Source: Rhizaria sp. SCN 62-66 (taxonomy: Eukaryota). From it: DNA of 64,000 nt. This document shows positions 56,301 to 64,000 of the stretch, in pieces. The notes under the pieces were generated by a model. It was not told the origin of the DNA, made no database searches, and saw nothing but the letters and a program-made list of their open reading frames with translations. The translations under genes and the position numbers were made by a program. The DNA lies in NCBI GenBank assembly GCA_001724265.1, contig MEDY01000044.1, positions 62,001 through 126,000 on the forward strand. The letters run 5' to 3'. Position 1 is the first letter of the stretch; the number at the start of each line of letters is the position of its first letter.

Positions 56301-59300
56301 CAGCTGCGGCGGCTGCGACCGCGGCGGCGGCGGCGCTGTCATTCTCGTCGTCGTCGTCGTCGCTGGCGGCGTCGTCGGTGACCGTGGCCATGGTGGCCGC
56401 GTTCGCCGAGGCCGCGGCGCTGCTGGTCGAGACCACGGGCGGGTACCTGCCGATCTCGAACCCCATCTCCATCCCCCCGGCGCCGCTGCCCCAGTCGCAG
56501 TTACCGCAGTCGCTCTTGCAGCCGCAGTCGCAGGGACTTGGGCTCGGTGAGCCAACGTCGCTGGTGTTGGCGCAGACGCTGTCGCAAACGCTGTCCCAGG
56601 GCGCGGCCTCGCTGCCGTCGCCGCTGCCGCCGCCCACGGTCACGCTGAGCCGGAGCGCACACACGGGCTCCCCAGTCGCCGCCAGCGACGGCAATTCCGC
56701 TCACGCTAGTCTTAACAGCACTGCGGGCGCTCTCGTTCCCGTCGCCACGGCCGTCGTCGACGCCTTGGGGGCCGGGAACGCTGGCGTTGTGTTGACGAGC
56801 GACGACGCTGATGTCACCGCGAACGATGGCTCAGTGCTTGAGTCGTCCTTCACCTCCACCGCGCTGACAGCGACGCCGGCAGTCCCCGCCCCGGATCCTG
56901 TCGCTGCTCCCATGATGGTCATCGATCCGGCGCCCGCCGTGGCGTCCCGCGCGCGCTCGCTCAGCCTCACCGCGGCGCCCGCCCGCAGCAACAGCAACGG
57001 CGCTACGCTCAATACTGCATGTAGTGAAGTCTACGGCGGCAGCTCTGTCTTCGGCCCGATGTCGTACGACCCTTACGACACGGTGGAGTTCTGCCGCCTG
57101 ATCGTGGCCACGGCGCCTTGCCCGGGCTTCTTGAGCCTCATGGCCGACCCGCACGGTTGGCACGTCTTCTTCTCGCTCCTGGACCGGCTGTGCCCGTTCC
57201 TGCTCCGCGGCTCGCTGCTCTTCCCCTCGCTCTTCCACGCCACGCTCCCGATCGGGCTCGACCGCTACGGCGTCGTGCTGGCCAAGCGCGTGCTCTCGCT
57301 CGCCGGCCCGCGCGTCTTTACGCTGCTCGCCTCGCGCGTCGCGGCCTGCGCGGCGGAGCTCGTCGACCACCAGTTCGGCAACTACCTGCTCCAGTTCGTC
57401 GTCACCGCCGCCGGGGAAAACGAGCAGCTGCAGACGCAGCAACAGCAGCAGCAAGCGGCCGCGACTGCGAACGCCAGCGCGACTGGCGCAGCTGCCACGG
57501 AGGCCGTCGAGCCTGTGGCTGTTTCTGCGGGCGCGAGCGCGAACACTGGCGCGAACGGCGGGCTGCCGCCCGTGTCGCGCCGCTCTAGCATGCGCGCGAG
57601 TGTCAGTGCTGGGACGGCCAACGTGAGCGCTCTCTCCGCCTCCGCCTCCGCCTCCACCTCCGGCTCCGGCTCGACCCCGATTGCGGGCTCGCCCGCGCGG
57701 GGAGAAGGCGCGACCCGCTCGATCGCCCCTGCAGGCGACGCCGCTGCTGCCGGCGCGTCGCCGCCGACTCCGACCGCAACGCTCTTGAGCGCCGCGAGCG
57801 TGAGCGCCAACTCGGGGAGCGGCTTCGGGAGTCACGGCGGCCGCAAGCGCGTTTTGATTAACAACGCTGCTGCCGCTGTTCCTGCTGCTGCCGCTCACGC
57901 TGAGGCTGCTAACAGTGCGGCATGTCCATTCACGTTTGCGATCCAGCATCCGATGAACCTCATTCATCCTCACAACCCCGAGACGAGCGGCGGCAATAGC
58001 AACATCGCCAACGTCGGCTCCACTCCCACCCTGGCAACCAGCGCCAGCAACAGCAACAGCAATACCTCGACCGCAACCACGCCTGCAACTGCGAGTAATG
58101 TCAGCGCTGCTCCCGTGCTGTTGTCACCCACTGCGCTTGCGCTGCGCTCCGAGTGCCTGTACCGCGTCAACGACTTTCTCTACTCGTCGCTGCGCGGCTC
58201 GTTCCTGCCGCTCTCGCGCCTCCGCTTCGCCGTCAACGTCGTCGAGCGCATTCTCCGTGCCGGCTCGCTGCCGCTGCGCGCCGCCGTGGTCACCGAGTTC
58301 ATCGCGTCGCCGCTGACGCACACCGAGCTTATCACGCACCCCACGGCCGCGTTCGCCGTGCAGCACGTCTTCGCCGCCGCCACGCCCGCCGCGGCCGCCG
58401 TGCTCGCCGGCCGCGTGCTTCTATCGCTGCACGCGCTGCCGCGGCCGCTGCGTAAGCGCTGGGCCAAGCTCATCCTCGAAGCCAAGAACAAGGTGAAGCT
58501 GCCGCAGGTCATCGTCAGCGAGCTCGAGTCCTTCGCTGGCGGCCCTAACAGCAGCAACAGCAGCAGTGGCACTGGAGCGGCCAGTGACCAAGCTCAAGCT
58601 CATGGCCACAGGAACAGCGTCGGCAGCGTCGGCGGCCAGGGGGGCGTTGAGTCGCCTTCTCTTACGCCGGCGCCCACGCCTGCGCTGCCAAACACCAGCC
58701 TTATGCTGCTGTCCAACTCGAACTCGAGCAACAGCAACGGGAACACGAACGGCGCTAGCAGCGGCACGTTGAGTGAGACTGCGTTGGCCGCGGCAGCGCT
58801 GATGGCGTCTGCGGGCGGCTTGTTCACGTCGTTCCCCAACACAAACCACAGCAACCCACGGGGAAGCGCGAGCAACACTTGCAGCGCCCACGGCCACGCT
58901 CATGGACACGGACACGGCTACAATGCGCACAACCACGGCTCTGATCAGCAACAGTACGACTATCACAATGCTGTTTCCGGCCATGACAACGACACGGTCA
59001 CGACTCTCTTGCCTCACGGACAGCAGCAGCGGCAGCAGCAGCAACAACAGCAGAAGCCCGGCTCCCGGCCCGGCTCCGGCGCGCGCTACCGCACGCAGAC
59101 GCCCGCGCTCCCCGCCAGCATGATGGGCAACAACGCCAACGTCGCCTCGTCGCCGCTGCTCGCCAACACCACCGTGGTCTCGAACGCGGGCTCAACCCTC
59201 CGCAGCAGCTCCTCGTTCGGTGCCAGCGCCAACTCGCTCTCTGGACCCGGCGCCAGTGCTGGTGGTGTTCCGATGCTGAACGCTGCGCCGGCGACTGCGG

Positions 59301-60766
59301 TGTCGCCGCTGCTTGGCGCGCTGCCCTTCATGGGCTCAATGCCCTTGCCCATGCTCACGCCCACGCCGGGCCTCAGCAGCGGCGCGAGCGCGAACTCCGG
59401 CATGAACTCGAGCACGAGCTACGGGCAGGGACTTGGCCTGGGGCTGGAGACGCTCTCGCTCTCGCTGTCCCCCGTCTCACACACGCAGACCACCTTCGCC
59501 AGCAACAGCGTTAATAACACTGGGAACACTGGGATGAGTGGCACTGGGGGCGCTGGTGCGCTGAGCGTCGGGACCTCGGCTGCTGCGCTTGCGGCCGCTG
59601 CGATGGCTGCTGCCACGGCCTACACCAATAGCGCTAACACCAGCAGTAATAGCAACAACAACGGCACGCTGATGCCGCTTACCTCGCCCTCTGTCTCCAC
59701 GACTACGACGTCGAGTACGGGCCTGCACAGCCACAGCACCGCTGGCTCTGCTCTTGTGTCGCCCACAGGCAGCGCGGCCGCCAACGATTCCGCTGCTGCG
59801 GCAGCGGCGGCGCGGGGCGCGGGGCTGCAGCAGCAGCAGGCGCAGCTGTTGGCGCAGCTGCAGCAACTGCAGCTGCTGAGTGCTCCTGGTAGTGTTGATC
59901 CGAACAACCGTAACAATTCGAACAACATGCAAGTGCAGTTGCAGCAGTTGCAGGTGTTGCTGAAGCAGCAACAGCAGCAGCAGCTCCAGTTCCAGCAACA
60001 GCAGCCAGTTGCGCAACCGCAGTTGCAGCAGACGGAGCTCTTGTTCCAGTTGCAGCAGCAACAGCAAAAAACTCTGCAACTCCTGCTAGCTACTCTCCAA
60101 CAGCAGCAGAATCAGCCTCAGGCGCAGCAACAACAGCAGCATACGCCTTCATACCCGCACGGTCACTCTTTAGTTCACAGTCACAGTCTTGGCAATAACG
60201 CGATTCTGCAGAATCACGGTCTGCTGCCGACTCATAGTCTCACTCAAAGCCTGACTCAGAGCCTGACTCAGAGTCTGACTCCTAGCCACGCACAGCTCCA
60301 GCAGCAGCCTCCGCAGCTGGTTGTCTCAACCTCCCTGCCCTTTGGCTACGGTGTTGGTGCATCTCTCGCTCCCACGCCATCTCAACACTCGCAGACACAG
60401 CAACAGCCGCAGCAGCAGCAAGGGAACACCAACGGTGCGTACTACGGTGGCGTCAGCGGAGGATTCCCTCTTCCGACGCAAGCGGCGCAGCAAGCCTACT
60501 CGCTCTACGGTCCGAACGCGAATAGCAGTGCAACCCATGTGCAGTCTCAATCGCCGCAGCAGTGGCGGACTCCAATCTCCGCATCCTCGTCTGTCGCTGG
60601 CTCCCCTGCTCACCCCGGGACTGCGAACAACGCTAACAACACTAGCAACAGTATGAGTGCGAACGCGCATACAAACAACTTGTTATATACGCAGCAGCAG
60701 CAAATTAATATGTTGCAAGCGCAGCTAGCGGCACTTCAACAAAACAACAACAAGGGCAACAACTAA
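48971..60766 (+). CDS. Giant Pumilio/PUF-family RNA-binding protein, 3,931 aa, single exon, Q/N/A/S-rich
   Basis: Eight PUF-like repeats: EMARTHGGSRALQTIL, DTVANVFGSFLVQKLA, ALACDPQATRAVLRLV, SLMADPHGWHVFFSLL, PIGLDRYGVVLAKRVL, ELVDHQFGNYLLQFVV, PLSRLRFAVNVVERIL and ELITHPTAAFAVQHVF. Stop TAA. Confidence 0.85.
49727..49759 (+). repeat. (CAG)11 polyglutamine tract in the PUF gene; one of many CAG/CAA, GCN and AAC microsatellite-like coding tracts
   Basis: Direct reading of the CAG run. Similar runs occur at about 50294-50338 and 59830-60140, and in the 44207 gene (44283-44460). Confidence 0.9.
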
Positions 60767-62856
60767 GAACCTGACGAGCTCTAGTTCTGTTTCAATGCCG
60801 CATTGTGGAACGTGAATAACGCTGCGTCCAATCCAAAAATTGTTTACCCTACTTGACGGTTCGTCGAGCGCAAGGACCACACATACTTGCACTCCCTCTC
60901 AAGCAACGAAGGCACAAAAACATTGATGCATGCATGCAAAGGTACAGCGTGTGTTGTGTTTTTGTTTCATCTTCGGACCAGAACAATTCGCGAGTAATGT
61001 TTTTTCTCTAAGAACAAAATTCCTGACTAACAAAACTGCAAAAATCAATAACAACGACATGAAGTTCGACTTGAGTGTTCAGAGAGACATCGACATAGTA
61101 TTTACATCAGGTAAGTGCTTCCCGATGCCGCTGGACGCTATCTAACTTACGTAGCAACTGCATGCGCGTGCTTGTCACTCCTTAGAGTAGCTGCACACGT
61201 CCTTTAACTTTGCTGAGACAAACAACAAGCTTTAAAAATGCTTTAAAATGTGTTTTACCAATGATCATTTTTTCACATCAATAGCTCAGAGTCGCAACAA
61301 CTAATGACACCTCAATTTTGACATGGTCATGACTGCTTTTGGCAAATTACCACGACTATTGTTGATGTGTATGGCTGGTTGCTGCTTTCTACATCACTGC
61401 GTATGTACATGTATGTTAAAATAAGTGTTTAATGTTGCTGCTCTCCCCGAAATGTATACCTCAGTCTCTTCTTAGCCTCTCGTTGTTTAACTGCTAGCTT
61501 GTATCTTTGCGTTTTACGCTATAATTCTTTTATCATCTTTATCTTTGTGTGTTCTCGTTGTCGTCATTGTCTGTTTTGCTCGCGTTTCTTCACTCAATCC
61601 TTTTCGTATTTTTGAGCTCGTACATGTTTCTTCCTCGCTTCGTTATTAACATCTTCCGAGTAGTGTTACCTGTCTTTTAGTTTATGTCTTTCATTTTGTG
61701 TCGCAAACTCTTCACACCTAACAAAATTTATCACATCAATTATATCCATTCCAAAACCATCGCAGTCACCTTATCCTGTATCTTATTTTTACTTGTGCGT
61801 CTGTGCATGCATGCATACATGCGTGTTATGTTGGATATGTAATATGTGAGTGTGGAATGTTGTGACTTTGTCTCACGACTTCACCCACGAGCACAGCTAT
61901 AGCTGACTCTCGTTCTGGAGTTCTGGATTTGTTCATTAGTTTCCTTTTGTATGTCTCGTGTGATTTATATATCTGTTGTCCCTTTTATCTTTCGCTTAAC
62001 ATCGCCAGCATCAATCGTTGCTTCACTACTAAAAACTGTACATCATCTCTTTCTTATTCGAACATATCCGATCTTAATACTAGACACGTATCTATCATCT
62101 ACTTTATATTGAGACAAGTCGACAATGGCAACACGACGCATCTCTTTCGTCGTTTATGCAAGCATCATTGCGACAACTTTCGCAAACGTGTGTTGTCACT
62201 TGAGCTATGCGCGCGCGTGGTTCGAATCTTCTTTCTCGCTATCTTTCGTGCAAGTGTCTCTTGTTTAGTGCGTTTAGTGCGTTGGACTCTGTATTCTTGC
62301 CTTTGCTTCTCCAAGCTGCAAGGCGATAAAACTAGTAGTGGTGGTAATGTTAGCCTTGTTGCTGCATACCTCTGTCTTTATGTGTATCTTTCCCACCTTT
62401 ATCTACCTTTTCCTTATGCTAATACTTTAACCGTGCTCGCACTCTCAATATGTCTGATGTGATCAACTGCACGAAATCAAATGACGACACAATACAAACT
62501 TATATCTCAATCAACTTATTCTTAACAAACTCCGCAACATATCATGTGATATTTTCCCACCATTACGGTCAGAAATCCGTCACACAGTGTCACGAGTGAC
62601 AATCTGGCTTTGTTGCTGCTGCTCACATTCACAATCCTCGATCACTTGATTTTCAGGAAATCTATCGTAAATATGTTTCGTGAACAATTTGTCCATATTT
62701 TCTTGTTGTATTTTAGATTAAATATTTTTGTCACGTGAATGGAAGTCGATGATTTAGTGAGACATCTTGCATTAACATCAGTCACGTCCAGTACGTTCTC
62801 ACAACGTGTGCGTTCACTCATATCTTACCTTGATTCGCAGTTGGGTAGATATAAAG

Positions 62857-64000
62857 ATGATAAAAGCATCAAATCTCCTTCTCTCGTCAACAAAATTGAT
62901 TCGACAAAGCGTTTCTTCTTCCTCATCCCTTGCTAAGAAGATCAGCAGCACTGCCACATGTACCGCTACCACTCGATCAGCAGCTTCAACAACAGCTCTG
63001 TCGCGTTCCAAGTGTATCTCGGTGCGATTTTGCAGCGTAGCACCGCTCTCAATAGTTTTAGCTGCTATGCTTCACTCCACAGTCCCACTCAAACTTGGAT
63101 CGTGGAAAGATAGCAATAACAGAAGCCACGACTTTGACAACGCTCCTTATAGACCACCGCCGCCACCGTCGTCCGAGTACTCGACGCCCTACGCCAGCGG
63201 CTACCCGCATGCCTACAGGGACAGCGTGGACTGGTCCTCCCGTACCAGCAACCGCCACAACTCAAGCAATGAGTCAGCGTTCACACATACAGATGGAGGC
63301 TCCAAATCCAGCGCTCATGATCGTCGCACTAGCAACGGGACTAACACTGGCACATCCAGGTGGGTCCCCTTCCTCATGCTCACTGCCTGTGCCGCGTTTG
63401 CCCTGTACGCCGCCTTCGCTCCGCTGCCGCCCCCGTCTCGTCACTATCAGCTCCTCGAGGCCGCCATCCTCGCCGACGACCGCCAGGGTCTCCAGCGCCT
63501 GCTCCAGCGCCGTTGCGACCCCAACGCGCGCTCCCCGCACTGGGGCATGACGCCGCTCGCACTCGCCGCCGCGGTCCCCAGCTCCCCGCGCCTCGTCGAA
63601 ATCCTGTTGCAAGCGGGCGCTGACCCCGCCGCGCCGGCGTTCGCGGGAGGCACGGCGCTTATGGCGCTGGGCGCCAAGGCCGCCTCGCAGAAGATGCGCG
63701 GGTGGCTTTCCCAGGGTCGCAAGCTCACGGACGCGCGGCCGATTGCACCCGCCGATGCCGAGGTGATTGTGAAGATGCTTTTGGGCGCGGCGGACGCGGC
63801 TGCCGGCGTGCGCGGCCCAACCGCATGGGATGACTCGAACACTGACGCTAAGGCGGGAGACAACGCGCCTGCGGTGGGGGCTGCGGCGCTGGCGCGACGG
63901 AACTGGCGGGTGCCGCCGATCAGCGAGGGCTTGCGCAACACAGGCGCTGTTAACATCGACAACAGCGGTAGAAAGAAGAACGATGACAATAGAGCTGGCA
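62857..64000 (+). CDS. Ankyrin-repeat protein with predicted N-terminal targeting peptide and one TM helix; 3' end beyond the window
   Basis: The frame is open from ATG 62857 (MIKASNLLLSSTKLIRQSVSSSSSLAKK...) to the edge, so it is absent from the ORF track. TM WVPFLMLTACAAFALYAAFA; ankyrin-like LLEAAILADD..LQRLLQRRCDPNARSPHWGMTPLALAA...LVEILLQAGADP. Confidence 0.8.
   Translation, partial: MIKASNLLLSSTKLIRQSVSSSSSLAKKISSTATCTATTRSAASTTALSRSKCISVRFCSVAPLSIVLAAMLHSTVPLKLGSWKDSNNRSHDFDNAPYRPPPPPSSEYSTPYASGYPHAYRDSVDWSSRTSNRHNSSNESAFTHTDGGSKSSAHDRRTSNGTNTGTSRWVPFLMLTACAAFALYAAFAPLPPPSRHYQLLEAAILADDRQGLQRLLQRRCDPNARSPHWGMTPLALAAAVPSSPRLVEILLQAGADPAAPAFAGGTALMALGAKAASQKMRGWLSQGRKLTDARPIAPADAEVIVKMLLGAADAAAGVRGPTAWDDSNTDAKAGDNAPAVGAAALARRNWRVPPISEGLRNTGAVNIDNSGRKKNDDNRAG

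Noticed and set aside
1-64000. Prokaryotic operon, defence system, transposon or rRNA/tRNA genes
   Set aside because: Spliceosomal introns and eukaryote-specific genes occur throughout. I recognised no transposase/RT motifs, terminal repeats or structured RNA genes by eye, though a covariance search was not possible.

Overview
Gene-dense eukaryotic (protist-like) nuclear DNA. Exons are GC-rich and low-complexity; introns are short (about 114-218 nt), AT-rich and GT-AG. I reconstructed 14 complete and 2 window-truncated protein genes by hand, many in divergent pairs. In order: a giant >4,230-codon ORF running off the left edge (absent from the ORF track), RBM22/Slt11, a small helical-repeat protein, an animal-type transglutaminase with a signal peptide, a DadA-like FAD oxidoreductase, a CFAP141-like ciliary protein, D-lactate dehydrogenase, a DHHC palmitoyltransferase, a PRA1-family protein, an Ala/Pro-rich protein, a helical + degenerate-cyclophilin protein, an F-box protein, a CBS-domain protein, a possible XRCC4-like protein, a 3,931-aa split Pumilio/PUF protein and an ankyrin protein. 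The top signal is a possible non-standard nuclear genetic code with UAG read as sense (probably Gln) while UAA and UGA remain stops. An in-frame TAG sits mid-DHHC gene before essential motifs, two further in-frame TAGs lie in probable N-terminal extensions, and none of the 14 complete genes ends in TAG. No RNA genes, CRISPR arrays or mobile elements were recognised. All family calls come from motif recognition by eye, not database searches.
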